Shown piece after piece: positions 1-11,850 of a DNA stretch of 64,000 bases (its first letter is position 1; every line of letters starts with the position of its first letter). The position numbers were made by a program, and so were the translations under genes. The stretch comes from Candidatus Gottesmanbacteria bacterium (GTDB lineage: Bacteria > Patescibacteriota > Microgenomatia > UBA10105 > UBA927): positions 1,023,907 to 1,087,906 of the forward strand of contig OY970230.1 of assembly GCA_963714095.1 (NCBI GenBank), written 5' to 3'. A model generated the notes under the pieces. That model was not told where the DNA came from. It ran no database searches and worked only from the letters and a program-made list of their open reading frames with translations.

Positions 1-2
1 TC

Positions 3-671
3 AAGCGTGTGACGCAGAATTATCACTTGATCGCACTCCGGTCATTTTTAAAATATTGTCTGAAGCGCGATGTGGCAGTTGTAGCGCCGGAAAAAATTGA
101 TCTGCCGAAAGCCGAAAGCCGGTCCATCAAATTTTTGGAACGGGAGCAGGTCGAACGCCTGTTAAATATTGCTGGGAACCTTCGGGACCGCGCAATTTTG
201 GAAGTACTGTTTTCAACCGGTCTTCGTGTATCGGAGCTGACAAACCTTAACCGTGATCAAATAAATCTCGATCGAAAAGAATTCGGCGTTATTGGAAAAG
301 GTCGGCGGGCGCGGGTCGTATTTTTATCGGATACGGCAGCTGGTTGGTTGAAAAAATATCTTGATACGCGTGAAGATGATGACAAAGCGCTGTTTATACG
401 GTCGGCAGGGAAGAAAGATGCAGCGCTTCGCCTGACGCCTCGTAGCGTCCAGCGCCTGGTTGAAAAATACGTAAAGAAAGCCCGGCTTCCGATAAAAATT
501 ACGCCGCACGGCCTGCGGCATAGTTTCGCAACGGATTTATTAATCGGCGGCGCGGATCTTCGGGCTATCCAGGAAATGCTCGGGCACAAAAACGTGTCCA
601 CGACGCAGATCTACACCCATATCACCAACCCGCAGCTGAAGGAAATCCATAATAAATTTCACAGAAAATGA
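3..671 (+). CDS. Tyrosine recombinase XerC/XerD family, C-terminal part (5' end truncated by the window edge)
   Basis: The translation ends with the catalytic region HGLRHSFATDLLIGGADLRAIQEMLGHKNVSTTQIYTH typical of Xer-type tyrosine recombinases. The reading frame is open back to the window start. Confidence 0.8.
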   Translation, partial: KRVTQNYHLIALRSFLKYCLKRDVAVVAPEKIDLPKAESRSIKFLEREQVERLLNIAGNLRDRAILEVLFSTGLRVSELTNLNRDQINLDRKEFGVIGKGRRARVVFLSDTAAGWLKKYLDTREDDDKALFIRSAGKKDAALRLTPRSVQRLVEKYVKKARLPIKITPHGLRHSFATDLLIGGADLRAIQEMLGHKNVSTTQIYTHITNPQLKEIHNKFHRK

Positions 672-1684
672 AAAAACCTTCGACTATTGCAGTTGTCTAT
701 AGTCTACCCACCAAACGTGCAGCGGCTGGTGCTTACGCCGATACAGAACAGGATACCGTGGATTCGGCGAATGAGGTATATGAAGCGTTGAAAATGAAAG
801 GTGCGCGCCCCAGCCTTGTGCCTATTTCAGAGGACACTATTGGTTCAATTGAGCGGATTCGGGCCGATTGTATCGTGAATCTTATCGACTGGACGGGATT
901 GGATCTGCCGTTGTCCGACAGTGCGTTTACGGCCATTGAACATACGGGCATCCCGTATACCGGTGCCACGCGTGAAAATTATCTGACGACATCCGATAAA
1001 ATTTTGATGAAAAAAGCACTCAACGTTCATACGTTGCCGACGGCACGGTGGCAATTGTTTGAAATAGGGACGGAACAGATCCGTAAGGATTTTCATTACC
1101 CCGTTATTGTCAAATTAGCATTTGAACACTGCAGCATAGGACTTTCCCATGATGCGGTCGTCAGCAGTGCGCATGAGTTGGGTCAGCGTGTTGCGGAACG
1201 CATGAAGACGTTTGGAGAGCCGGTTATTGCAGAAGAGTTTATCGTCGGACGGGAATTTCAGGTGACAGCGCTGGAGACAAAGCACGGTCTCAGTGTTTTG
1301 CCACCGGCGGAGATAGTTTTTGATACCCAGGGACCAGAATCACTCTTAACCTATGACAGCCGGTGGGTGGAAAATACAAAAGATTATGCCGCGTCCCATG
1401 TGACGTTACCCAAACTGCCGGATGAGTTGGCAACAAACATGACAAGTGTCGCACAGCGGACGTTTGCATCACTGGAGTTCCGTGATTACGCACGGCTCGA
1501 CATACGGACACGTGAAGATACAGTATTCATTTTAGAAGCCAACAGTAATCCCGGTTTATCCGACAGTGATGAATACGGGATGACGGTTTCCTATAAAGCG
1601 GTGGGGTTGAGTTTTGCTGATTTTGTCTGGGCGATTGTTGAATCTAGTTTTCTGCGGTTTACCCGATTGAATCTTCCGGTGTGA
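668..1684 (+). CDS. ATP-grasp enzyme of the D-alanine--D-alanine ligase (Ddl) family
   Basis: The fold resembles Ddl: an N-terminal pre-ATP-grasp region, a S-x-G loop (EHCSIGLS), EEFIVGREFQV, and a C-terminal ARLDIRT...ILEANSNPGLS similar to the Ddl EVNTxPGMT motif. The gene overlaps the xer stop codon by 4 nt (ATGA). Confidence 0.55.
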   Translation: MKKPSTIAVVYSLPTKRAAAGAYADTEQDTVDSANEVYEALKMKGARPSLVPISEDTIGSIERIRADCIVNLIDWTGLDLPLSDSAFTAIEHTGIPYTGATRENYLTTSDKILMKKALNVHTLPTARWQLFEIGTEQIRKDFHYPVIVKLAFEHCSIGLSHDAVVSSAHELGQRVAERMKTFGEPVIAEEFIVGREFQVTALETKHGLSVLPPAEIVFDTQGPESLLTYDSRWVENTKDYAASHVTLPKLPDELATNMTSVAQRTFASLEFRDYARLDIRTREDTVFILEANSNPGLSDSDEYGMTVSYKAVGLSFADFVWAIVESSFLRFTRLNLPV

Positions 1685-2267
1685 AGATGTGACTGGTTTC
1701 GATGGTAAATTTCGGCAGATGCGCAGGGTCGCGTGCCATCACGAACAACAATTGCTGCTGCCATTTTCTGACTAGCCGGAAATGCTTTTTCCGTTTACCG
1801 ATGTTTCTTCGTTTTAAATCATAGTCCATCCAGCGGGTGCGGAAATCGGCCCAATCGTACGATTTTTTCTGGGCACTTGCACTGTCTAATATTACAATTC
1901 TGCTTTTACTCGCACTGTAGGAAGATACCGCTGCCCAGTGCCCGGAATCCGCATGCGGACGGTCTTTTTCATCCAAATCATAGAGATATGAAACCAGCAC
2001 CGCCCGCAGCTGATTGGGGTTATATTTCAGCGCACTCTGAAGGTGATGCAGTGTTGCATATTCTACAATAAGAACGGAAAATCCTAGTTTGTTGGCGGCA
2101 CGGATCATATTTTTTGTGCTTGTTCCGTTTCTATTTGTGCCGCAAAGCTCCATGAGTGAGGAGAGCGATTTCCGTTTTCCAAACATCGAGAGCGCGTGTT
2201 TGAGCGCGGTCGGACCGCAGGTGGTATCATCCGGTTGTTGAACTGGTGTTACGTGACTTCTGCCCAT
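1659..2267 (-). CDS. Papain-like cysteine peptidase, C39-like (Peptidase_C39_2 / BtrH-like) family
   Basis: The translation has a TCGPTALKHAL motif (catalytic Cys in a Q/C-G-x-x-AL context) and a downstream DSGHWAAV (His) motif. Its 3' end overlaps the 3' end of the ATP-grasp gene by 26 nt in convergent orientation. Confidence 0.45.
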   Translation of the reverse strand: MGRSHVTPVQQPDDTTCGPTALKHALSMFGKRKSLSSLMELCGTNRNGTSTKNMIRAANKLGFSVLIVEYATLHHLQSALKYNPNQLRAVLVSYLYDLDEKDRPHADSGHWAAVSSYSASKSRIVILDSASAQKKSYDWADFRTRWMDYDLKRRNIGKRKKHFRLVRKWQQQLLFVMARDPAHLPKFTIETSHIFTPEDSIG

Positions 2268-2348
2268 AGGGGAGCTCTATTCTACCCCCGCAAGAGGTAC
2301 AGGGCAAGACCTATAAAAAGGTCCTTTTTAGCTTCATTTGAGCCTAAA

Positions 2349-3080
2349 TTATTGGATTTGGTAGCTTAACGTGACCGTGACCGTGATATCGTTGGTCCCT
2401 GTTTCGATTTGGGTCGGCACACCGGCAGGTCCGGCAATATCAGCTTTGGCGAGCATCGGCATGGGCTGCGGCGGCGAGCCAAAATCCTCTGAATAATTGA
2501 TAATTTTCCCCAAGGTAAAGCCTGCAATTTTGGCTGCATTTTGTGCTTTCGTTTTAGCGTCTGCAACAGCGAGTGTGCGTGCCTCATCCTGCGCTTTGGT
2601 TTTGTCGTCCACATCAAATGTGATACCGCCTATTTGGTTGGCACCGGCCGCCGTTGCCGCGTCGATTACGGCATTCGCGTTGTCGATTGCGCGGACTTTA
2701 ATCGTAAGATTTGTGGATGCCTGATACCCGGTGATCCGTGGTGTACTGGAATTATAATCATACATCGGGTTGATAGTGTAACCGGCCGTCTGGATATCTT
2801 TGACGTCGACGCCCGCGGATTTCACGGCAGATGAGACTGCGTTTATATTTTTATTCAGCTGATCCTGCACTATTTTCGTGGTAGGACCTTGGGCCTGAAC
2901 GCCGGCTGAGACGATTGCAATATCTGGAGGCACGCTTATCTTTCCCTCACCGGTGACACTGAACGTATCGGTTTTGGTCGTTGAGACACTCGTTACCGTA
3001 AACGGGATTGGTCCTGCGAGTTTAATATATGCAAAGAGTGCGAGGAAAAATACAATGACAGCGCCGGCAAGATTTTTCAT
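2349..3080 (-). CDS. SIMPL-domain (DUF541/YggE-like) periplasmic/secreted protein
   Basis: The protein has an N-terminal signal anchor followed by FSVTGEGKISVPPDIAIVSAGVQ, the hallmark start of the SIMPL domain. Size is about 240 aa. Confidence 0.7.
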   Translation of the reverse strand: MKNLAGAVIVFFLALFAYIKLAGPIPFTVTSVSTTKTDTFSVTGEGKISVPPDIAIVSAGVQAQGPTTKIVQDQLNKNINAVSSAVKSAGVDVKDIQTAGYTINPMYDYNSSTPRITGYQASTNLTIKVRAIDNANAVIDAATAAGANQIGGITFDVDDKTKAQDEARTLAVADAKTKAQNAAKIAGFTLGKIINYSEDFGSPPQPMPMLAKADIAGPAGVPTQIETGTNDITVTVTLSYQIQ

Positions 3081-3093
3081 AAGCCTCCTTAAT

Positions 3094-3891
3094 TTATTTC
3101 ATTGTACAGGCTTTTACCAAATTCTGCATCAGGGAGGCAATGTTCAAGGGCCCCACGCCGCCGGGGGTGGGCGTATAAAAGGAAGCGGTATCGGCGACAT
3201 CCGATTCCTCATAATCCCCGTGTAGCTTGCCGTCTTCGGCGCGCCAAAGACCAACGGATATAAGGATGGCGCCTGGTTTTATGGCGTCGCCGGTGACGAT
3301 TCCCTTTTTGCCCACACAACTGATAATAATATTTGCTTGTTTCATTATTTCTTTAGGATTTGCTGTTTGGCTGCTGATTATAGACGTCGTACATTGTTGT
3401 TTCCGGAATGCCATTGCTATCGGTTTTCCCGCAGTCTCCCCTCTTCCGACAATAACGACTTTTTTATTTTTTACCGTACATCCTATGTGATCTAAAATCG
3501 AGAATATCGCTTTGACAATTGGTACTTCAAACGCAGAATGTACTACGAATCCGTCAACGTCTTTTTTGGGGTTTACGCTTTCGTTTATCGATACATCAAA
3601 GTGAGGAGGAAGCGGCCGTTGGACGATGACGCCGTGAACTGATGGGTCGCGGTTATACATCGCGACACGCGCTGCGACTTCCTTAGGAAGCGCGTTTTTG
3701 GGTAACTGTTCGAAAATAAATCTGCCGCCGATTTTTTCCGTTGCTTTTTGTTTTTGGCGGATGTACGACAATGATTCCGGATCATCCCCGATCAGAATGA
3801 CCGCCAACGTGGGCGTAATTTTTAATCGTCTGACTTCATTTGCAAGATTCAAAAGTATCTCATCCGCAAGCGCTTTCCCATCGATTCTCAT
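3094..3891 (-). CDS. folD: Bifunctional methylenetetrahydrofolate dehydrogenase/cyclohydrolase
   Basis: The translation begins IDGKALADEI and contains the NAD(P)-binding VVIVGRGETAGKP and TPTPGGVGPL motifs. It is full length at 265 aa. Confidence 0.9.
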   Translation of the reverse strand: MRIDGKALADEILLNLANEVRRLKITPTLAVILIGDDPESLSYIRQKQKATEKIGGRFIFEQLPKNALPKEVAARVAMYNRDPSVHGVIVQRPLPPHFDVSINESVNPKKDVDGFVVHSAFEVPIVKAIFSILDHIGCTVKNKKVVIVGRGETAGKPIAMAFRKQQCTTSIISSQTANPKEIMKQANIIISCVGKKGIVTGDAIKPGAILISVGLWRAEDGKLHGDYEESDVADTASFYTPTPGGVGPLNIASLMQNLVKACTMK

Positions 3892-3895
3892 AGAC

Positions 3896-4144
3896 TCATT
3901 TTATCACACGATGAGTGGATTCGGGGGGTAGAACGATTTCGGGAAACAACAAAGCATCAGGTGCAGAGTGTATCCAACCAATCAAAAATCCTGTACAGTT
4001 TGCTGCATCAATGAGGATATTACCGCTAAGGTATATGATTTCATCAGGTGGCGGATTCCACATCGCGTTTATCAAGCCTTTTTGACGAATGGATTTTCCT
4101 GCTTTTTCGCCGATTCCGAAGCCCGAAAGAAATGATTCTTGCAT
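3896..4144 (-). CDS. Small hypothetical protein (82 aa)
   Basis: This ORF fills the gap between folD and gyrA on the same strand. No recognisable motif was found. Confidence 0.25.
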   Translation of the reverse strand: MQESFLSGFGIGEKAGKSIRQKGLINAMWNPPPDEIIYLSGNILIDAANCTGFLIGWIHSAPDALLFPEIVLPPESTHRVIK

Positions 4145-4156
4145 ACAATAACTGAT

Positions 4157-6673
4157 TTACTTCGTTAGGCAGGTTGCGGCGGCTATCGTATCACTTTTGT
4201 CAGCAAATCTCATTAAAATAACTCCTGAGGTGGCGCGGCCGAGGCGCGGTACGGAATTAATAGGGAGTTTTACGACTTGGCCTTTCATGGAGGTGAGAAT
4301 GACGCTGTCGGTTTCAGCCGGAACGATTTGTGAGACAACCACTTTTCCGGTGCGGTCCTTGACCTCGGCAACTTTGACGCCCTGCCCTCCACGTTTCTGT
4401 TTGGGGAAATCGCGGATGGCGGTTTTTTTACCGATCCCCTTTTCCATAATAGTGAGAAAATCCGCTTTTTTGGTTTCGTCATTGATCACGTCGACGCTCA
4501 CCACAAAGTCCGTGCCTTTCAGGAGTATGCCGCGGACGCCCATGGTATCGCGGGCCGTCGGACGGACCTCGGTTTCGTTAAACCGGATGGATTTGCCTTC
4601 GTGAGAGACGAGGAGTATATCGTCCGAGCCGCTGGTAATCCGCGCCCAGGTCAGTTCATCGTCTTTTTCCAGTTTAATGGCAACCAGGCCGCTGCGGCGG
4701 ATATTTTCGTATTCCGTTAATTTGGATTTTTTCACCGTCCCGTGTTTGGTTGCCATCAGAATAAATTTGACACCTAATTCCTTCTGTTCGTCGCGCTTGA
4801 GACTGTAGGTCAAAACCGACGTCACGCGTTCGCCGGATTCAATATTGATTAAATTTACGACTGCCTGCCCCTTTGCCTGGCGGCTTGTTTCCGGAATATC
4901 CCACACGCGCACCTGGTATACCCGTCCGCGGTCGGTGAAGAAAAGCATATTGTCGTGGGTTTGTGCCGTGAGGATTTTATCAATAGTATCTTCTTCTTTG
5001 GTCGTCATACCGATGACACCTTTGCCGCCTCGTTCCTGCATCTTAAATGTGCCTCTGGGGAGCCGTTTGATATACCCGGACTCGCTCATGGTGATAATGA
5101 CATCTTCGTTGGCAATAAGCTGTTCTTCCGAAAATTCCCCGACTTTGCTTTTGAAAACTCTCGTTTTCCGTTGGTCTCCGTATTTTTCCTTCAGTTTATT
5201 GAGTTCGTCTTTCACGACTTTAAGAATTTTGGTCGGGTGAGCCAGCAAATCCTCCAGATAGTCTATGGTTTCGCGGATCATCGCCAATTCGTCTTCGATT
5301 TTCTGGCGTTCGAGTGCCGCGAGGCGGCGCAGCTGCATGTCCAGAATCGCCGTTGTCTGGATATCGGAAAGTTTAAACTTGGTCATTAATTTCACTTTTG
5401 CTTCATCGGCGTCTTTACTCTTTTTGATAATTGCGATCACTTCATCTATATGGTCGACGGCAATTTTTAAGCCCTCCAAAATATGTTCGCGTGCTTTTGC
5501 TTCCTTGAGTTCAAAAACGCTACGGCGCCGGACAATATCATGGCGGTGTTTGATATATTCTTCCAATATAAGTTTAAGTGAACACGTCTGAGGCGTATTA
5601 TCAACAAGGGCGACCATGTTCACAGGAAATGTGGTCTGGAGTGCCGTATATTTATACAAATTATTCAATACCTGCTTGGGTCTGGCATCCCGTTTGAGTT
5701 CGATGTACACGCGGATGCCGCGGCGGTCGGATTCATCACGAAGGTCGCTAATACCTTCAAGCTTTTTTTCGTGGACAAGCTCAGCTATGCGCGCTACCAA
5801 AACGGCTTTATTGACCTGATACGGAAGTTCGGTGATTGCAATTGCCGATTTTCCCTGTCCAATGTCTTCAATTTCCGCTTTGCCTCTCATGACGATTTTG
5901 CCGCGCCCCGTTGTGTAGGCCGCCTTAATTTCATTGATGTCGTAAATAGCGCCCCCGGTCGGGAAATCCGGTCCCTGAATGTGTTCCATAAGCTGGTCGG
6001 TCGTGATGTCGAAGGTAAAGTGGGTATCGGATTTCACCTCACTTACACCTTCCGTTTCCTTCGTCTTCGTCAGTTTGACGGTGTCGATCATCGCGCCGAT
6101 TGCGTCCGCCACCTCCGTGAGATTATGCGGCGGGATTTTGGTCGCCATACCGACGGCGATTCCCTCACTGCCCATAAGGAGGAGGTTCGGGAGTTTCGCC
6201 GGAAGATACACCGGCTCGTTGATGGTACCGTCAAAATTCGGAATAAATTCAACTGTTTCCTTCTCGATATCCAGAAGCATTTCATCGGAAATTGCGGCGA
6301 GGCGACATTCTGTGTAGCGCATAGCGGCGGGCGGATCTCCGTCAATGGATCCGTAGTTTCCCTGCCCGTCAACAAGGCGGTACCGCATGGAAAATTCCTG
6401 CGCGAGGCGTACCAATGCTTCGTAGACAGGCGCGTCTCCGTGCGGATGATATTTTCCCAGGACTTCTCCGACGACCGATGCACTTTTTTTGTATTTACTC
6501 GTGTGGTGTAAGCCGGTCTGATGCATGGCGAATAAGATTCGCCGATGTACGGGCTTCATGCCGTCACGTACGTCCGGAAGGGCGCGCGCCACAATGACGC
6601 TCATTGCATAGTCGAGGTACGACTTTTGCATTTCATGCGTGATTTCGGACTGGTTGACTTTGCCGATATTCAT
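4157..6673 (-). CDS. gyrA: DNA gyrase subunit A
   Basis: The N-terminus reads [30 protein letters not shown], the GyrA QRDR region. Length is 838 aa with the C-terminal beta-pinwheel repeats. Confidence 0.95.
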   Translation of the reverse strand: MNIGKVNQSEITHEMQKSYLDYAMSVIVARALPDVRDGMKPVHRRILFAMHQTGLHHTSKYKKSASVVGEVLGKYHPHGDAPVYEALVRLAQEFSMRYRLVDGQGNYGSIDGDPPAAMRYTECRLAAISDEMLLDIEKETVEFIPNFDGTINEPVYLPAKLPNLLLMGSEGIAVGMATKIPPHNLTEVADAIGAMIDTVKLTKTKETEGVSEVKSDTHFTFDITTDQLMEHIQGPDFPTGGAIYDINEIKAAYTTGRGKIVMRGKAEIEDIGQGKSAIAITELPYQVNKAVLVARIAELVHEKKLEGISDLRDESDRRGIRVYIELKRDARPKQVLNNLYKYTALQTTFPVNMVALVDNTPQTCSLKLILEEYIKHRHDIVRRRSVFELKEAKAREHILEGLKIAVDHIDEVIAIIKKSKDADEAKVKLMTKFKLSDIQTTAILDMQLRRLAALERQKIEDELAMIRETIDYLEDLLAHPTKILKVVKDELNKLKEKYGDQRKTRVFKSKVGEFSEEQLIANEDVIITMSESGYIKRLPRGTFKMQERGGKGVIGMTTKEEDTIDKILTAQTHDNMLFFTDRGRVYQVRVWDIPETSRQAKGQAVVNLINIESGERVTSVLTYSLKRDEQKELGVKFILMATKHGTVKKSKLTEYENIRRSGLVAIKLEKDDELTWARITSGSDDILLVSHEGKSIRFNETEVRPTARDTMGVRGILLKGTDFVVSVDVINDETKKADFLTIMEKGIGKKTAIRDFPKQKRGGQGVKVAEVKDRTGKVVVSQIVPAETDSVILTSMKGQVVKLPINSVPRLGRATSGVILMRFADKSDTIAAATCLTK

Positions 6674-8698
6674 TTATTTTCCAATGAACTGGATGACAAA
6701 GGGGGCGATGAGTAATGCCACGATTTGTACAATCTTCATCATTGGGTTCAAAGCAGGTCCGGATGTATCTTTTAACGGATCCCCGACCGTGTCTCCTACG
6801 ACCGCGGCTTTATGCGTATCGCTGCCTTTGCCGCCGAAGTGTCCGTCCTCCACGTATTTTTTGGCGTTATCCCATGCGCCGCCGGTATTGCACATAAAGA
6901 GCGCGAGCATCAGTCCTACGACAACGACGCCTGCCAAAAATCCGCCCAACGCCTGGGCACCCAAGAGTGATGCGGCTACAGGCATAAGGACAACGATCAG
7001 GGCCGGAACAACAAGTTCTTTTTGTGCCGCCAGGGTCACGATTTCGACGGCTTTGGAATAGTCCGGCAGCCTGGTTCCTTCCATAATGCCTTTATATTCC
7101 CTGAACTGCCTACGAACCTCCTCAACGACCTGGAATGCGGCTCGGCCGACGGATCCGATCAGGCGCGAGCTGAACAAAAACGGCAATGCCCCACCCAACA
7201 GCACCCCGACAAAGACCTTGGGGTTTGCGATATCTATGGTGACAAGGCCTGTTTTTTCAAAATACGTCGCAAACAGGGAACTGGCTGCCACCGCAGCGGA
7301 TCCCACGGCAAATCCCTTAGTGAGGGCTTTGGTGGTATTGCCGACGGCATCCAGGCCGCTGGTTACGACAGCAGCCCTGCCTTTTATTCCGGCCATTTCC
7401 ACAAACCCCTGGGCATTATCCGCAATGGGCCCGAATGTATCCAGTGCCATAATGATGCCGGTTGTCGCAAGCATGCCCATACCGACCAGGGAAATGCCGT
7501 AGAATCCGAGCAGGGAAAATCCTGCGTAGATAGCTGCGGCCACAACCAGGACGGAAAAAAACGTGCTTTCCATGCCGATTCCGAGACCTGAAATAATGGT
7601 CGTTCCCGCGCCGGTTTTACTTGCAGTGGCGATCGCGACAACCGGTTTTTCACCTGGACCGGTATAGTATTTCGTGATCAATAAAAGGAGTAACATTGCA
7701 ATAATACCAACCACTCCGGCATACCCCGCTTTTGGCTGCTGCAGCAAAAATACCGATAAACCCATGAGAATAATGACAGCCCCGATTGCTGACACCATAA
7801 AGCCGCGGATAAGCGGTTTGATAGCATCTTCATGGTCATTTTTTGCTTTGACGAAAAACGTTCCTAAAATGGATGTTAGTATTCCGCCGGCCCGCACGAG
7901 GAGCGGAAATACGACACCTTTGAGACCGAATAAATTCCCGCCCAAAATCATAGCTGCAACAATTGTGAGCGCGTAGGATTCAAATACGTCTGCGGCCATT
8001 CCCGCGCAGTCCCCGACGTTGTCCCCGACATTATCAGCAATCGTGGCTGGGTTTCTCGGATCGTCTTCCGGTATCCCCGCTTCGACTTTACCCACGAGAT
8101 CCGCGCCGACATCCGCGGCTTTTGTAAATATTCCTCCGCCGACCCGCATGAAGAGCGCAATGAGTGCCGCTCCGAACCCGTAGCCAACTAACACTTCTGT
8201 TGCATGACGGGCAACAACGTCTGCCCCCTGTGCTATAAAAGAGAAGTACGACCACATATAGATAAGGGAAACGCCCAATAGGCCGAGGCCTACCAGAAGC
8301 ATGCCGTTGACAGTCCCCGCGCCGAATGCGATACGGAGCGCAGGATTAAGACCCTTCTGGGCGGCATTGGCCGTCCGCAAGTTCGCTTTGACGGCAATCC
8401 ACATGCCAAAATAACCGATGATTGCGCTAAATACTGCCCCAAGTAAAAATGTGACGGCAATGCCTTTTCCGAGCGTGAAGGCAATAATAACTGCAAGAAC
8501 GAGCATGAATGGAACAATAATTTTAAACTGGCGTTTGAGGTAGGACATGGCCCCGTCGGCGACTGCTTTTCCGATTGCCTTGAGTTTATCGGAACCTTCG
8601 TCTTCTTTGATGGTGCGTTTAATAAGGTAAATGCCGTAGGCGAGTGCAATAAGTGCAGTTAACGGGGCAGTAAATAGTGCAATGACTTGTATATCCAT
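6674..8698 (-). CDS. hppA: Membrane-bound H+/Na+-translocating pyrophosphatase
   Basis: The protein has about 15 TM segments and the GDNVGDCAGMAADVFESY and DTVGDPLKDTSGPALN motifs. Its stop abuts the gyrA start. Confidence 0.9.
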   Translation of the reverse strand: MDIQVIALFTAPLTALIALAYGIYLIKRTIKEDEGSDKLKAIGKAVADGAMSYLKRQFKIIVPFMLVLAVIIAFTLGKGIAVTFLLGAVFSAIIGYFGMWIAVKANLRTANAAQKGLNPALRIAFGAGTVNGMLLVGLGLLGVSLIYMWSYFSFIAQGADVVARHATEVLVGYGFGAALIALFMRVGGGIFTKAADVGADLVGKVEAGIPEDDPRNPATIADNVGDNVGDCAGMAADVFESYALTIVAAMILGGNLFGLKGVVFPLLVRAGGILTSILGTFFVKAKNDHEDAIKPLIRGFMVSAIGAVIILMGLSVFLLQQPKAGYAGVVGIIAMLLLLLITKYYTGPGEKPVVAIATASKTGAGTTIISGLGIGMESTFFSVLVVAAAIYAGFSLLGFYGISLVGMGMLATTGIIMALDTFGPIADNAQGFVEMAGIKGRAAVVTSGLDAVGNTTKALTKGFAVGSAAVAASSLFATYFEKTGLVTIDIANPKVFVGVLLGGALPFLFSSRLIGSVGRAAFQVVEEVRRQFREYKGIMEGTRLPDYSKAVEIVTLAAQKELVVPALIVVLMPVAASLLGAQALGGFLAGVVVVGLMLALFMCNTGGAWDNAKKYVEDGHFGGKGSDTHKAAVVGDTVGDPLKDTSGPALNPMMKIVQIVALLIAPFVIQFIGK

Positions 8699-8753
8699 AA
8701 AAATAAATCCTTTCTGTAAAATTTTTACGCTTCGCTATTATACTAAATACTCA

Positions 8754-10703
<1,950 letters not shown>

Positions 10704-10780
10704 CTAAATCATTCTACAATACTTCACACGGGTTGTCTAGGGAAATCGGTACACCCGCCGATATAATGGATCTTCGGATT

Positions 10781-11185
10781 TTATTCAATAAATCCTGTAG
10801 CTTTTAATACTTTTTGAGCATGTAAGGATAAGTCAGTTGATAAAATTTCATACTTTTCAAACCATCGGGCCTGATCATATTTTCGTGCATCTACCGAAAG
10901 CCCGCTATAATCGCCACTGCAAATAAAAACATATCGTGTAATTGCGGCATCTATTTCTTCATCGGTTACTTGTGTTGTTTCTACTATAGATATGTATTGA
11001 AGGTTTAATTTTTCAAACGCATCTTTCATTAACGTGTCCGAAGGCGTTACTCCGGGTAAAATATCTCCTCCCATTAAATCCCATTTTCCCGGAGCATATG
11101 TTCTTTTTTGATTACGTCTTAAAAGTAAGACTTTCTGCTTGTTCTCATCTACGAAGACACCACTTATGGCTTCTCTTTTTCTCAT
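10781..11185 (-). CDS. NUDIX hydrolase
   Basis: Size is about 134 aa. The GKWDLMGGDILPG segment resembles a Nudix-box context. The region is AT-rich. Confidence 0.5.
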   Translation of the reverse strand: MRKREAISGVFVDENKQKVLLLRRNQKRTYAPGKWDLMGGDILPGVTPSDTLMKDAFEKLNLQYISIVETTQVTDEEIDAAITRYVFICSGDYSGLSVDARKYDQARWFEKYEILSTDLSLHAQKVLKATGFIE

Positions 11186-11820
11186 ATTTGAAGGATCGCG
11201 TTATCAACGACTAAGCGCTGGTTTACGTTGACCGCGAGTTGGGTTTGGGCGGTGAGAAGATTACGGATAAGATTGGTTAGTTGAGGTGTAGGGTGTTTCA
11301 AAAGTTCTTCCCGCGCCGCACCCAACAGTGATGTAACAAATTTTTTGGCTTCGTCGCGCGTGGCAACAAACGGTTCTAAAGTTGAAAGACGTTTCCCCGG
11401 AGACTCTTCTAATACTTTCAAAAGAATTGATGTGTCGGATTTCTGGGCAGCATCCGTAAGGCGCACGACACTCATGCGGGATAGGATAGTCGGCAGAAGC
11501 GCTTCGGGGACGCTCGTCGTCCCTATAATATATGTATGCGGCGGTGGCTCCTCGAGCGTTTTTAAGAGAGCGTTTTGTGCTTCTGGAGTCAGACGCTCAA
11601 TATCGGTAAGCAAACCAACTTTAGCCGGAGAATTTCTCTGCATAAGAACGAGTTCGCGTTGAAAGTCGCGGATCATTTCGATACCGACAGTTCCTTCTTC
11701 CGGCAGACGAATAGTATCCCACGCAGAAATTTTCCACGAGCTCGTTCGGGATACTAATTCCTTCTGTATAGACTCTTTATTGCCCCCGACAATAAGAAAC
11801 GCATGCATAATCCCTTGCAT
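11182..11820 (-). CDS. holB: DNA polymerase III delta' subunit
   Basis: The translation contains ALLKTLEEPPPHTYIIGTT, the AAA+ delta' signature, and SRM sensor residues (ILSRMSVV). Confidence 0.8.
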   Translation of the reverse strand: MQGIMHAFLIVGGNKESIQKELVSRTSSWKISAWDTIRLPEEGTVGIEMIRDFQRELVLMQRNSPAKVGLLTDIERLTPEAQNALLKTLEEPPPHTYIIGTTSVPEALLPTILSRMSVVRLTDAAQKSDTSILLKVLEESPGKRLSTLEPFVATRDEAKKFVTSLLGAAREELLKHPTPQLTNLIRNLLTAQTQLAVNVNQRLVVDNAILQI

Positions 11821-11850
11821 TATAATACAAAAACATCAATAATAAATTGT

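Noticed and set aside
5771-6511. 246-aa and other 100–140-aa ORFs antisense to gyrA (4845..6511 region)
   Set aside because: They lie entirely inside the well-supported gyrA coding region on the opposite strand. Their translations are low-complexity or Arg/Ser-rich mirror ORFs.
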